The translations under genes and the position numbers were made by a program. Source: an uncultured Gemmatimonadales bacterium (GTDB lineage: Bacteria; Gemmatimonadota; Gemmatimonadetes; Longimicrobiales; Longimicrobiaceae). From it: DNA of 64,000 nucleotides. Below the pieces are notes generated by a model. It was not told the DNA's origin. It saw only the letters and a list, made by a program, of their open reading frames with translations, and searched no databases. The number at the start of each line of letters is the position of its first letter. Position 1 is the stretch's first letter. Shown here piece by piece: positions 39,827-49,910 of the stretch. Location of the stretch: assembly GCA_963716255.1 (NCBI GenBank), contig OY970303.1:8256001-8320000 (forward strand), given 5' to 3'.

Positions 39827-40498
39827 CTAGAGCCGGGCCGCGTCGGCGCGGAGGAGGTCGCCCACCTCGGCGCGGAGCCGGCGGATCTCGTCCGCCAGCC
39901 CGGGGAGCCGGGAGGCCCGGCGCGACTCGGCGGCGAGGATCGCCTCCACCGCGTCCACCGTCGCCTCCAGCTCCTGGTTGGTCACCACGTAGTCGAACTC
40001 CGCGGCGGCCTCGATCTCCTCGCCCGCGTTGGCGAGGCGGCGGCGGAGCGCCGACCGGTCCTCGCTCCCGCGCCCCAGCAGCCGGTCGGCGAGGACGCTT
40101 CCTGAGGGCGGGAGGATGAACACCAGCACCGCCTCCGGGACCCGCTCCCGCACCTGCCGGGCGCCCTGGATGTCGATGTCCAGAATCAGGTACTTCCCCG
40201 CCTCCACGGCGCGGTCCAGGTTCGCGCGCGGGGTGCCGTACAGGTTGCCGTGCACCTCGGCCCACTCCACCAGCTCGCCCGCCCCCGCCATGCGGCGGAA
40301 CTCGTCCGGCTCCACGAACCAGTAGTCGCGCCCGTCCGCCTCCTGGCGGCGCGGGGCGCGCGTGGTGGCCGACACGGAAAAGGCGATGTCGCCGCGGCGC
40401 TTCCCCAGCATCCGCGCGATGGTCGTCTTGCCGCCGCCCGAGGGGGCGGAAAGGATCACCGGGAAGGTACGGTTCGGAAGCCCTCCCTCCGCGCTCAC
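39827..40498 (-). CDS. gmk: Guanylate kinase
   Basis: SAPSGGGKTT, S.TTR.PR..E.DG.DY.F, YGT, FILPPS. Confidence 0.96.
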   Translation of the reverse strand: MSAEGGLPNRTFPVILSAPSGGGKTTIARMLGKRRGDIAFSVSATTRAPRRQEADGRDYWFVEPDEFRRMAGAGELVEWAEVHGNLYGTPRANLDRAVEAGKYLILDIDIQGARQVRERVPEAVLVFILPPSGSVLADRLLGRGSEDRSALRRRLANAGEEIEAAAEFDYVVTNQELEATVDAVEAILAAESRRASRLPGLADEIRRLRAEVGDLLRADAARL

Positions 40499-41382
40499 TC
40501 GACGTTCTCCACCTGCTCGCGGAGCCGCTCGATCTCCTCCTTGATGGCCACCACGCGATGGGCGATCAGGGCGTCGTTGGCCTTGGAGCCGATGGTGTTG
40601 GCCTCGCGGTGGATCTCCTGCACCAGAAAGGACAGGCGCTTCCCCACCGGCTCCGCCGCGTCCGCCGCCAGCAGGTCGCGGAACAGCGACACGTGCGAGG
40701 CGAAGCGCACCAGCTCCTCGTTGACGTCCCAGCGCTCCGCCAGGTACGCGATCTCCTGCGCCAGCCGCGCCTCGTCCACCGCCACCCCGCCGGCCAATTC
40801 CCGGACCGCGGCGCGGAGCCGGTCGCGCTCGGCGACCAGGCGCTCCGGGGCGCGCTCCCGGACCGCGGCGAGCGCCGCTTCCATCGCCGCCAGCCGCTCC
40901 TCCAGGTCCGCGTGCAGGCGGCGCCCCTCGTCCTCCCGCATACGCACGTTGGCGCGGGCCGCCTCCTCCACCGCCGCGCGGAGGTCCTCGCCGGACACCT
41001 CCACCGCCGGCTCCTCCGGCGCGTCGCGAACGAAGATGTCGCCGTAGCGCGCCAGCAGCTCCAGCGTGGGCGCGCCGGTGACGCTGAAGCGGTCCGTCAG
41101 CTCGCGGAAGGCGGCGACGTACGCGGCGACGCGCTCCTCGTCGATCCGGACGCTCCCCGGGGCCGCGCCCTCCCGGTCGATGCGGACGGTGCAGCTCGCG
41201 TGGCCGCGGGCGAGCGAGGCGCGCAGCCACTCGCGCATCTCCCCCTCCCAGCGCGAAAGCGCGGCCGGGAGCCGGAAGGTGGTGTGGAAGTAGCGGTGGT
41301 TGACCGTCCTCACCTCCACCCGGAGACGCCCCGCCGGCACCGCCAGCTCGGCCTCTCCGTACCCGGTCATGCTCCGAATCAT
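40495..41382 (-). CDS. yicC: YicC/YloC-family endoribonuclease
   Basis: IRSMTGYG, VNHRY, D..EE..R, GKRL.FL.QE..REANTIGSK, REQVENVE. Confidence 0.95.
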   Translation of the reverse strand: MIRSMTGYGEAELAVPAGRLRVEVRTVNHRYFHTTFRLPAALSRWEGEMREWLRASLARGHASCTVRIDREGAAPGSVRIDEERVAAYVAAFRELTDRFSVTGAPTLELLARYGDIFVRDAPEEPAVEVSGEDLRAAVEEAARANVRMREDEGRRLHADLEERLAAMEAALAAVRERAPERLVAERDRLRAAVRELAGGVAVDEARLAQEIAYLAERWDVNEELVRFASHVSLFRDLLAADAAEPVGKRLSFLVQEIHREANTIGSKANDALIAHRVVAIKEEIERLREQVENVE

Positions 41383-41403
41383 CACCCCTCCGTGCAGGGT
41401 CGG

Positions 41404-41432
41404 AAGTTACCCGGCGCGCCGGGACAAGTCAA
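41404..41432 (-). promoter_or_regulatory. Putative sigma70 promoter of yicC-gmk-rpoZ
   Basis: TTGACT-N17-TAACTT. Confidence 0.6.
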
Positions 41433-41461
41433 CGGACCGCGGACGGTCCGGGGGCCGGCGC

Positions 41462-43402
41462 TCAGTTGCGGAAGTACCAGCGGATTCCGTAGATGGCGCG
41501 CGCGCCGGGAAACGGGCGGCCGGGAACGTCGGCGGCTCCGCGCAGGTTGAAGACGTTCTCCACCACCACGAAGGCGCGCACGTCGATCACCCGCACCTGC
41601 AGGTACGCGTTGAAGAGCGTATACGCCTGGCTCATGACGGGCGCGGGGACCTGGTCGTCGTCCGGAGTGGGATCGGGAAGCGGCGTCAGCGCCGATCCGC
41701 GCCGGACCAGCTCGAAGCGGAGGGTGGGCTCCAGGTTGCCGGTGTAGAACACGTCGTGGAACTCCAGCGCCGCCCGCCCCTCGTCCTCCGCCAGGTAGGG
41801 CCGCCCGCCGGTGTCGGTCCAGTACGTGTACCCCCCGTCCAGCCGCAGCCAGCTCCGCAGCAGCGGCACCGAGAGGTACGCCTCCACGCCCGTGGACGCC
41901 TCCGCCGCGGTCGCCCGCCCCAGCGCCTCGTCCAGCCGCAGCCCGAAGGGGGCGGCCACGTCCTCGTCCAGCACCACCAGCGAGGCGCCGGCGACGGCGC
42001 CCGGGCGCGCCCACTCGGCCCCGGCGCGGAAGCCGGCGAGCGAGGGCGACACGCTGCCGAAGAGCGGAAAAGTGTCCGCCCGGGCCAGCAGGGGGATGGA
42101 GGGAACGTAGACGGCCACGGAGTCGCGGGTGATCAGCGAGACGCCGCGCGTCCCCGCCGTCAGCGAGCCGAACGCCGAGAACCCGCCGAAGGGGCCGGCG
42201 CGGACGCTTCCCTGGAATTCCGTGCCCCCCTCGCCGCCCAGCGTGGCGCGCGCCCCTCCCTGCACCTCCAGCAGGCGCCCCGCCCGGAGCCCGGCGCGCG
42301 CTTCCAGCTCCGAGGTGGGCACCGCGAACGCCCCCTCGTCCTCGCCGCGCAGCCGCGCCACGCCCTCCACCCACCCGGCGCGCGACTGGACGAGCGCGCG
42401 GACCGCCCCCTGCACGCTGGACTGGCGCTCCGCGAAACGGTCGCGCCCCGAGGGGACGCGCCAGTTGCGCCCGGCCATCGCCTCCAGCGCCAGCGCGGGG
42501 CTGGGCAGCCAGCGACCGCGCACCCAGAGCGCCTGCCGGTCCGCCTCCTCGGCGAAGGCGGTGTCCTCCCGCACCAGCTCGGTGGTGCGGTACTCCACCT
42601 GCACCCCGGCGCGCGGGGTGAAGCGGTACCCCCAGCGGACGAAGCCGTTGGTCACCGCGAAGGGCTGCCGCAGGGCGAGCCCTTCCGTGTCCGCGATGTC
42701 GAAGGCCAGCGTCACCGTCTGCCGCGCGCCCACCGCCGTCCCGAAGAGCCCGCGCAGCAGGCGGGTGTTGGGGTCGCCGGTCCCCAGCTCGATCTGCGAG
42801 TAGGGGCGCCGGTCCGGGAGGCGGAAGGGGAGCAGTTCCACCCGCACCTCGTTCAGGCGGCGCTCCACGCGGATCCCTTCCAGCTCGGAGAGCGAGACCT
42901 CCTGCAGGTCCAGCGTCGCCGAGGCGAGCGGGTCCACCTCCCACCCGTCGTAGAAGAAGCGCGTGCGCCCCCCGCCCAGCCCCCACGGCGCCACCCCCGC
43001 CGGCTGCCCGTAGCCGCCGCCGCGGGTGATGGTCACGCCGGGGATGGTGCGCAGCAGGTCCAGCAGCGAGGTGCCGTGGAAGCGGCCCAGCGCCTCCCGG
43101 TCCCACGTCCAGGTACCCTGCCAGAAGCCCGCCGAGTCCGGCTGGGGCCAGGCGGGGAAGAGCGGCGCGGGGACGATGGAGTCCGCCCGCGCGGAGTCGG
43201 CCCGCTGCGGCAGGGTGTCGGCCGGCAGCGTCTCGCGGGGGACGCGGAAGGTCGCGGTGTCGCGCCCTTCCAGGCGGACGGTGTCCCGGGGGGCGGGGCG
43301 CGGCACGGTGTCCGGGCGCGCGGGCGGGTTCTGCGCCGCCAGCGCCCCGGGAATCGCGGCGAGCAGGAGCCCGGCGAGCAGCGCGCGTGCGGCCAGGCTC
43401 AT
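41462..43402 (-). CDS. Outer-membrane protein with TonB-receptor-like plug domain
   Basis: Signal peptide; plug motifs L.DLL..IPGV, DG.E...L, L..I.VER; beta-rich C-terminus ending YGIRWYFRN. Confidence 0.7.
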   Translation of the reverse strand: MSLAARALLAGLLLAAIPGALAAQNPPARPDTVPRPAPRDTVRLEGRDTATFRVPRETLPADTLPQRADSARADSIVPAPLFPAWPQPDSAGFWQGTWTWDREALGRFHGTSLLDLLRTIPGVTITRGGGYGQPAGVAPWGLGGGRTRFFYDGWEVDPLASATLDLQEVSLSELEGIRVERRLNEVRVELLPFRLPDRRPYSQIELGTGDPNTRLLRGLFGTAVGARQTVTLAFDIADTEGLALRQPFAVTNGFVRWGYRFTPRAGVQVEYRTTELVREDTAFAEEADRQALWVRGRWLPSPALALEAMAGRNWRVPSGRDRFAERQSSVQGAVRALVQSRAGWVEGVARLRGEDEGAFAVPTSELEARAGLRAGRLLEVQGGARATLGGEGGTEFQGSVRAGPFGGFSAFGSLTAGTRGVSLITRDSVAVYVPSIPLLARADTFPLFGSVSPSLAGFRAGAEWARPGAVAGASLVVLDEDVAAPFGLRLDEALGRATAAEASTGVEAYLSVPLLRSWLRLDGGYTYWTDTGGRPYLAEDEGRAALEFHDVFYTGNLEPTLRFELVRRGSALTPLPDPTPDDDQVPAPVMSQAYTLFNAYLQVRVIDVRAFVVVENVFNLRGAADVPGRPFPGARAIYGIRWYFRN

Positions 43403-44931
43403 CCGCCGGACCGCTTCCCGGCGGAGCGCGCCCGCACCCACTCCACGAACAGGCGGGTGGGGACGCCGGTGGAGCCGCGCACCTGGTAGGGAAGCTTCCC
43501 CTCGCCGTACGCCGTCCCCGCCACGTCCAGGTGCACCCACGGGAAGCTCCCCACGAACTCGCGCAGGAACCAGGCGGCGGTGATGGAGCCCGCCGGCTTT
43601 CCCCCGGAGTTCTTGATGTCCGCGTACTCCGAGCGGATCTGGTCGCGGTACTCGTCGAGCATGGGGAGCTGCCACACGCGCGAGCCCACGCGCTCCCCGG
43701 CGGCGCGCACCTCCGCCGCCAGCGCCTCGTCGTTGGCGTACATCCCGGCCGCCGCGTGGCCCAGCGCCATCACGCACGAGCCGGTGAGCGTGGCCGCGTC
43801 CACCACCGCCGCCGGCTCGAAGCGCCGCGCGTACGACAGCGCGTCGGCCAGGATCAGCCGGCCCTCCGCGTCGGTGTTGACGACCTCCACCGTCTTCCCC
43901 AGGTGGGTGCGGAGGATGTCACCCGGGCGCATGGCGGAGCCGGAAAGCAGGTTCTCGGTGGCGGGGACGATCCCCACCACGTTGGCCCGGAGCCCCAGCT
44001 CGGCAATGGCCTGCATCGCAGCGAGGACCGCCCCCGCCCCGCTCATGTCGAACTTCATGTCCTCCATGTTCGCCGCGGGCTTGATGGAAATGCCCCCCGC
44101 GTCGAAGGTCACGCCCTTGCCCACGATCACCAGCGGCCTGTCGCCCTCCGCCCCGCCGCGGTGCTCAAGCACGATCAGCCGCGGCTCCTGGTCGGAGCCC
44201 TGCGACACGGCCAGCAGCGCCCGCATCCCCTCCTCCTCCAGCTCCCGCCGGCCGAGAATGGTCGCGTTCAGCCCGCGCTCCCGCGCGATCCGCTCCGCGG
44301 TCTCCGCCAGGTACCCGGGGGTGACCACGTTGGGGGGGAGGTTGCCCAGGTCGCGCGCCAGCCGCTCGGCGCGCGCGACGACCTCGCCGAAGCGGGCCCC
44401 CTCGCGCAATTCCTCCGCGGCCTCCGGCGTCGCGGCCAGCAGAGCGAGCTCCGCCACCCGCACCGGGGGCTCGCTCCCCTCCGCGCGCGACTTCATCCCG
44501 GTGAAGGTGTAGGCACCCAGCACCCCGCCCTCGGCAAGCGCGCGCGCCGCGTCCTCCGCGGCGACGCGCCCGGCGAGCATCCCGGGCGCGACCCAGAGCG
44601 CGAAGCGCTCCGCCCGCATCTTCACCGCCTGCTTCGCGGCGGTCCCGGCGGCGCGGCGCAGGCGCTCCGGCGTCAGCTCGTCCGCCCTCCCCACGCCCAC
44701 CAGGAGGACACGCTCGGGGCCGCCGGACGCGGCACCCGGGTACACCAGCAGGGTCTGCCCGTCGCGGCCGGCGAAGTCGCCGCGGGAGCGGGCAGCCGCC
44801 ACCTGCGAGGCGACCGGCGCGTCCAGCCCCGGGAGGACGTCCGCGCCGGCGGGCGCGTCCGCGGCGACGGGCACGGCGAGCAGGGGCGTGGCGAAGCGGG
44901 CCGGGGCGTCGGCCCGTACGGAAACGTTCAT
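43399..44931 (-). CDS. pepA: Leucyl aminopeptidase (M17)
   Basis: VGKGVTFDAGG..IK, MKFDMSG, NTDAEGRLILAD, WVHLDVAG. Confidence 0.96.
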   Translation of the reverse strand: MNVSVRADAPARFATPLLAVPVAADAPAGADVLPGLDAPVASQVAAARSRGDFAGRDGQTLLVYPGAASGGPERVLLVGVGRADELTPERLRRAAGTAAKQAVKMRAERFALWVAPGMLAGRVAAEDAARALAEGGVLGAYTFTGMKSRAEGSEPPVRVAELALLAATPEAAEELREGARFGEVVARAERLARDLGNLPPNVVTPGYLAETAERIARERGLNATILGRRELEEEGMRALLAVSQGSDQEPRLIVLEHRGGAEGDRPLVIVGKGVTFDAGGISIKPAANMEDMKFDMSGAGAVLAAMQAIAELGLRANVVGIVPATENLLSGSAMRPGDILRTHLGKTVEVVNTDAEGRLILADALSYARRFEPAAVVDAATLTGSCVMALGHAAAGMYANDEALAAEVRAAGERVGSRVWQLPMLDEYRDQIRSEYADIKNSGGKPAGSITAAWFLREFVGSFPWVHLDVAGTAYGEGKLPYQVRGSTGVPTRLFVEWVRARSAGKRSGG

Positions 44932-44991
44932 GAAGCGGTCCATCCCTGTGGGGGAGCCCCGCGCGGACGATCCGCGCGGGGCTCCGGCGGG

Positions 44992-46293
44992 CTACATGTT
45001 GCGGACGATCTGCTCGCCGAAGCCGGAGGTCGACACCTTGGTCGCGCCCTCCATCATCCGCTCGAAGTCGTAGGTGACGGTCTTGTTGCCGATCGCGCCC
45101 TCCAGGCCGCGGATGATGAGGTCGGCCGCCTCCGTCCACCCCATGTAGCGGAGCATCATCTCGCCCGACAGGATCACCGAGCCGGGGTTGACCATGTTCT
45201 TGCCGGCGTACTTGGGGGCGGTGCCGTGCGTCGCCTCGAAGATGGCGTGCCCGGTGACGTAGTTGATGTTCGCCCCCGGCGCGATGCCGATTCCGCCCAC
45301 CTGCGCCGCCAGCGCGTCGGACACGTAGTCGCCGTTCAGGTTGAGCGTGGCGATCACGTCGTAGTCCGCCGGGCGGGTGAGGATCTGCTGCAGGAAGGCG
45401 TCGGCGATGGAGTCCTTGACGATGATCTTCCCGGCCGCCTCGGCCTCCTTCTGCGCGGCGTTGGCCGCGTCCGCCCCGTCCTGCTCGGCGATGCGGTCGA
45501 ACTGCGCCCAGGTGAACACCCGCTCGCCGAACTCGCGCTCCGCCAGGGCGTATCCCCAGTTCTTGAAGGCGCCCTCGGTGAACTTCATGATGTTGCCCTT
45601 GTGCACCAGCGTCACCGAGCGCCGGCCGTGCCGGACCGCGTGGCGGAGCGCCGCGCGCACCAGGCGCTCGGTCCCCTCCTGCGACACCGGCTTGATGCCG
45701 AAGCCGGAGGTGTCCGGGAAGCGCACCTTCTTGAAGCGGTCGGGGAAGGTCTGGGCGAGCACGTCGCGGAAGCGGCGGGCGTCCTCGGTCCCCTCCTCAA
45801 ACTCGATGCCGGCGTAGATGTCCTCGGTGTTCTCGCGGAAGATGGTCATGTCCACCTGGTCCGGACGCTTGACCGGGGAGGGCACCCCCTCGAACCAGCG
45901 CACCGGGCGGACACACGCGTACAGGTCCAGGATCTGGCGCAGCGCCACGTTGAGCGAGCGGATCCCGCCGCCCACCGGCGTGGTCAGCGGGCCCTTGATG
46001 CCCACCAGGTACTCGCGGAAGGCGTCCAGCGTGGCGTCGGGGAGCCAGTTCCCCGTCTGGTTGAAGGCCTTCTCGCCCGCGAGCACCTCCATCCAGCGGA
46101 TACGGCGCTCGCCGCCGTACGCCTTTTCCACCGCGGCGTCGAACACCGGCTGCGACGCGGCCCAGATGTCGGGCCCCGTGCCGTCGCCCTCGATGAAGGG
46201 GAGGACCGGGTGGTTGGGGACGGTCAGCTCGCCGTCGGCGATGGTGATGCGCTCCCCGTCCGCGGGGACCTGGGGCTGCCAGTTCTCTGCCAT
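44992..46293 (-). CDS. icd: NADP-dependent isocitrate dehydrogenase
   Basis: [50 protein letters not shown]. Confidence 0.97.
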   Translation of the reverse strand: MAENWQPQVPADGERITIADGELTVPNHPVLPFIEGDGTGPDIWAASQPVFDAAVEKAYGGERRIRWMEVLAGEKAFNQTGNWLPDATLDAFREYLVGIKGPLTTPVGGGIRSLNVALRQILDLYACVRPVRWFEGVPSPVKRPDQVDMTIFRENTEDIYAGIEFEEGTEDARRFRDVLAQTFPDRFKKVRFPDTSGFGIKPVSQEGTERLVRAALRHAVRHGRRSVTLVHKGNIMKFTEGAFKNWGYALAEREFGERVFTWAQFDRIAEQDGADAANAAQKEAEAAGKIIVKDSIADAFLQQILTRPADYDVIATLNLNGDYVSDALAAQVGGIGIAPGANINYVTGHAIFEATHGTAPKYAGKNMVNPGSVILSGEMMLRYMGWTEAADLIIRGLEGAIGNKTVTYDFERMMEGATKVSTSGFGEQIVRNM

Positions 46294-46443
46294 GGCTCTT
46301 CTATGCGGAAGTTCGAAGTGGGTACGGTCGGCCTCGTCGGCGCGCGCGTGAGCCCGCGCGCGGCGACAGGGTAGCACGAAAAACCTCCGGGGCGCAACGG
46401 GGTCACCGCCGCGCCCCGGAGGACGACGATCAGGGCACGGAGC

Positions 46444-47577
46444 TTATCGCTCGCCGATCGGCTTGACCTTCAGTCCGCGGGGCCCCGTGTAGTCGGCCTG
46501 CGGGCGGATCAGCCGGTTGTTGGCGTACTGCTCGAACAGGTGCGCGGTCCACCCCGGCGTGCGCGCCAGCGCGAAGACGCAGGTGAACAGGTCCTCGGCG
46601 ATCCCCAGGGTGGTGTACACGCTGGCCGAGAAGAAATCCACGTTGGGGTAGATCTTCTTGCCCTTCTTCTCCATCTCCTCCGCCATGACGGCGCGGATCT
46701 GGTCGGAAAGGGTGAGCCAGTGCGTCTCGCCCGCCTCGGCCATGATCTGGTCGGCCAGCTCGCGCAGGATGCTGGCGCGCGGGTCGGTGGCCTTGTAGAC
46801 CCGGTGCCCGAAGCCCATCACCCGCTTGCCGCCCGCCAGCGCGTCGCGCACCCACTGCCCGGGCTCGGTGCCGCTCGCCTCGATCTCGCGCAGCATGTTC
46901 ATCACCTCCACGTTCGCCCCGCCGTGCGACGGTCCCTTGAGCGTGCCGATGGCGGAGGTGATCGCGGAGTAGACGTCCGAAAGGGTGCCGGCGGTGACGC
47001 GGGCCGCGAAGGTGGAGGCGTTCATCCCGTGCTCGGCGTGCAGGATGAGCGCGGCGTCCATGGTGCGGACGCGGGTCTCGCCGCCCTCCTCGCCGTTCAG
47101 CATGTACAGGAAGTTGGCCGCCATCCCCAGGTCGGAGCGCGGCTCCACCGGCTCCTTGCCGTGGCGGATGCGGTCGAAGGCGGCGACCAGCGTCGCCGTC
47201 TTGGCCGTGAGCAGGATGGACTTGCGGCGCAGCTCCGGCTCGGAGTTGTCGTCGGCGGCGGGGTCGAACATCCCCAGCGCGGACACGGCGGTGCGGAGCG
47301 CGGCCATGGGATCGGCCTCGCGCGGGTAGGCGCGGAGCATGTCCAGGAGCTCCGGGCTCACCGTGGCCTCCGCGGCGAACTGCCGCTTCAGGCCGTCGAG
47401 CTGCTCCTGGCTGGGGAGCTCGCCGTTCCAGAGGAGGTAGCACACCTCCTCGAAGGTCGTGTTGCGGGCAAGATCGTCGATGTCGTACCCGGCGTAGACC
47501 AGCTCTCCCTGGTTCCCGTCGATGTGGCTGAGCTTGGTCTCCGCGACAACTACACCCTCAAGACCGGCTTTGGACAT
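46444..47577 (-). CDS. gltA: Citrate synthase (type II/PrpC-like)
   Basis: GLEGV, HAEHGMNASTF, GP.HGGAN, GFGHRVYK..DPR, PNVDF. Confidence 0.92.
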   Translation of the reverse strand: MSKAGLEGVVVAETKLSHIDGNQGELVYAGYDIDDLARNTTFEEVCYLLWNGELPSQEQLDGLKRQFAAEATVSPELLDMLRAYPREADPMAALRTAVSALGMFDPAADDNSEPELRRKSILLTAKTATLVAAFDRIRHGKEPVEPRSDLGMAANFLYMLNGEEGGETRVRTMDAALILHAEHGMNASTFAARVTAGTLSDVYSAITSAIGTLKGPSHGGANVEVMNMLREIEASGTEPGQWVRDALAGGKRVMGFGHRVYKATDPRASILRELADQIMAEAGETHWLTLSDQIRAVMAEEMEKKGKKIYPNVDFFSASVYTTLGIAEDLFTCVFALARTPGWTAHLFEQYANNRLIRPQADYTGPRGLKVKPIGER

Positions 47578-47699
47578 GGCAGCTTCCTCTATCGCGATTG
47601 CAGGGATAGATTACGTTTTTCCGCAAGCTTCGGGGTCCTGAGAGTGCCGCGGACGCGCCCCGCGCCCTGCCGCATCATTCGGACCACGCAAAGTCCGTC

Positions 47700-47729
47700 A
47701 GTATAGCGAGGGTTCCGCCGGCGTCGCAA
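47700..47729 (-). promoter_or_regulatory. Putative sigma70 promoter of citrate synthase
   Basis: TTGCGA-N18-TATACT. Confidence 0.5.
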
Positions 47730-47776
47730 GTCGCCGCCGCGCCTGTCCCGCGAGGCCCGGACCCCGCCTCCCACCC

Positions 47777-48340
47777 GTGAGCCCGCCTCGCTGCGTGACG
47801 CCAGACACCGACGCCTACCTCGTCGCACGGATCCTGGACGGCGACGCCGACCGCTACGCCGTCCTCGTGGGAAGGTACCAGGACTCGCTCTTCCGCTACG
47901 CCGTGGGGATGGTGCGCGACGGCGACCTGGCCTCCGACCTGGTGCAGGACTCCTTCGTCAAGGCGTACACCAGCCTGGCGAGCTGCCAGGACCCCAACCG
48001 CTTCGGGGCCTGGGTGTTCCGCATCCTGGTCAACCGCTGCAAGGACCACCTCAAGAGCCGCCGCCGGCACACGCTCCCGCTGGAGGAGGACACCGCCACC
48101 ACGCCGGACTCGGACAACCCGGCCGTCAGCGCGGACCGCGCCGACCTGCGGCAGGTGGTGGAGCGGGCGCTCGCAACGCTCCCCGAGGCGCAGCGCGAGG
48201 CCTTCCTCCTCAAGCACCTGGAGGGGCACTCCTACGAGGAGATGGCGGAGATGCTGGGCGCCTCCGTCAGCGCCCTGAAGATGCGGGTCCTGAGGGCGCG
48301 GGAGGCGCTGCAGGGGCTGCTGAAGGAGCTCGCCGAGTAG
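47777..48340 (+). CDS. ECF-type RNA polymerase sigma factor
   Basis: DLVQDSFVKAY, F.AW..RI..N...D, LPEAQREAF.L...EG.SY.E.AE. Confidence 0.92.
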   Translation: MSPPRCVTPDTDAYLVARILDGDADRYAVLVGRYQDSLFRYAVGMVRDGDLASDLVQDSFVKAYTSLASCQDPNRFGAWVFRILVNRCKDHLKSRRRHTLPLEEDTATTPDSDNPAVSADRADLRQVVERALATLPEAQREAFLLKHLEGHSYEEMAEMLGASVSALKMRVLRAREALQGLLKELAE

Positions 48341-48361
48341 GGCGAACGGGCACCGCGCGGG

Positions 48362-48736
48362 TCAGCCCGCCTCCGCCTGCTCCTGGTCTTCCTTGCAGAG
48401 GCGCGCGTGGGGGATCACCTCCAGCCGCTCGAAGCCGATCTCCCCGCCGCAGCGCTCGCACCTGCCGAACTCCTCCGGCGTGTTGAAGATGCGGCGCAGC
48501 GCCTCGTCGATCTCGTACAGCCGCCGTCCCTCCTGGCTGGCCAGCAGGAAGTCCTTTTCCTGCTCCTGCGCCTCCGTGCCGATGTCGGCAAGGTGGAGGC
48601 GGTACAGGCTCATCTCCCCGGAGCGGTCCCGCAGGTCCTGGGTGCGCTCCTCGAAGTGGCCCAGCGCCTCCAGCGCCTCCTCCCGCTCGCGCCGAAGCAG
48701 CGTCTCGATCCGGTCCCTCTGTTCCTGTGTCAGCAT
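48362..48736 (-). CDS. TraR/DksA-family protein
   Basis: Coiled coil with HLAD.GTE; I..AL.RI....FG.CE.CG.EI..ERLE..P.A.LC. Confidence 0.85.
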   Translation of the reverse strand: MLTQEQRDRIETLLRREREEALEALGHFEERTQDLRDRSGEMSLYRLHLADIGTEAQEQEKDFLLASQEGRRLYEIDEALRRIFNTPEEFGRCERCGGEIGFERLEVIPHARLCKEDQEQAEAG

Positions 48737-48807
48737 TCGCTCCCTCGTTCGGTCGGTGGGTTGCCGGCGGGGCGGGTAGCAACAACCATTCCGGCGCCCG
48801 GACGCAC

Positions 48808-48843
48808 GAAGCCCCCGCGGAAAGATCCCGTGGGGGCTTCGTC
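48808..48843 (-). terminator. Hairpin downstream of tRNA-Leu(CAA)
   Basis: GAAGCCCCCGCGG...CCGTGGGGGCTTC. Confidence 0.55.
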
Positions 48844-48849
48844 GGTTCA

Positions 48850-48930
48850 TACCGGGCGGGGGACTCGAACCCCCACGCCTTGCGGCGAACGATTTTGAGT
48901 CGTTTGCGTCTACCATTCCGCCAGCCCGGC
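48850..48930 (-). tRNA. tRNA-Leu(CAA)
   Basis: Reverse complement GCCGGGCTGGCGGAATGGTAGACGCAAACGA-CTCAAAA-TCGTTCGCCGCAAGGCGTGGGGGTTCGAGTCCCCCGCCCGGTA. Confidence 0.95.
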
Positions 48931-48964
48931 AAGGCTGAGATAACCGAAGATAATCTTCCCCGCC

Positions 48965-49747
48965 CTACTCCTCAACCATGGGGCGGGCGCCGGCGTAGCG
49001 CTCCACCAGCTGGAGCGCGTACACGGCCCGGCGGAAGGCGCGCTCCGGGTCGCCGGTGAGCACGGCCTCGCGCGCCCAGCGGAGCAGCCGCTCCGCCCGC
49101 TCGGCCTGCGCCTTCGGCATCTCGCGCTGGCGCTCGTGGACCACGGCCTCGGTGCGGGCGAAGATGCGCAGCGCCACCGCCGCCGGGGCCTGCTCCCGGG
49201 CCGCCGCGGAGGCGCGCGCCAGGTGCCCCACCGCCTCCAGCGTGTCGCCGCGGGCCAGCGACGCGGCCGCGCCGTCGCGGGCGGCGCGCACCGTCTCCAG
49301 CCCGGCGGCGAGCTCCGGCACCTCGCCGCCGTCCAGCACCGCCTCCGCCTCGCGCACCCAGGCGTCGGTCGCGCCCAGCGCCGCCGCCATGGTGGCGCGG
49401 TCCGGGACCGCGGCGAGCGCGCCCGCGGCGGTCTCCGCCGCCCGCTCCTCCGCGCGCAGCGCGCCGTCCAACTCGCCGGCGCGGCGCAGGCGCTTCGCCT
49501 CCTCGCGCAGCGCCTGCACCCGCAGCACCGCGGGCGTGCGCTCCCCCTTGCGCGCGGACAGGAAGGGGAGCCAGGTTCGCTCGTCCGGGAGCCCGCGCGG
49601 CGGCGACACGGCCACCCACATGCGTCCGCCGGCGGGGTGCGCCTGCGCCGACGGCCCCGTGAGGTCGTCCTGGCAGGCGGCGAGCGCCAGGCAGCAGCAC
49701 GCGGGCGCGAGGAGCGCGCGGAGCCCTCTGGGGCGGGTGGAGCGCAT
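48965..49747 (-). CDS. Hypothetical Ala-rich helical lipoprotein
   Basis: Lipobox LALAAC after a basic N-terminus. Confidence 0.65.
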   Translation of the reverse strand: MRSTRPRGLRALLAPACCCLALAACQDDLTGPSAQAHPAGGRMWVAVSPPRGLPDERTWLPFLSARKGERTPAVLRVQALREEAKRLRRAGELDGALRAEERAAETAAGALAAVPDRATMAAALGATDAWVREAEAVLDGGEVPELAAGLETVRAARDGAAASLARGDTLEAVGHLARASAAAREQAPAAVALRIFARTEAVVHERQREMPKAQAERAERLLRWAREAVLTGDPERAFRRAVYALQLVERYAGARPMVEE

Positions 49748-49794
49748 GAGCACGGGGGAGCTTCGTGAGCCGGACGCAGCGGGGGGGTAAACGC

Positions 49795-49883
49795 AAGGTA
49801 TGCTCGCGGCTGGCGGGGGTCAAGCGGGAATCGTTCTTGACACCCCTTCCGAGCGGCGGATAGGTTGAATCGGACGTTCGATT
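49795..49883. promoter_or_regulatory. Divergent sigma70 promoters and putative TetR operator
   Basis: Minus strand TTGACC-N17-TACCTT; plus strand TTGACA-N18-TAGGTT; near-palindrome AATCGGAC-GTTCGATT at 49868-49883. Confidence 0.55.
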
Positions 49884-49910
49884 GAACGACGAAACGGGGT
49901 TTCAGCCAGC

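Noticed and set aside
48850..48930. Second island integrated at tRNA-Leu(CAA)
   Set aside because: No integrase, duplicated 3' end or compositional shift beside it.
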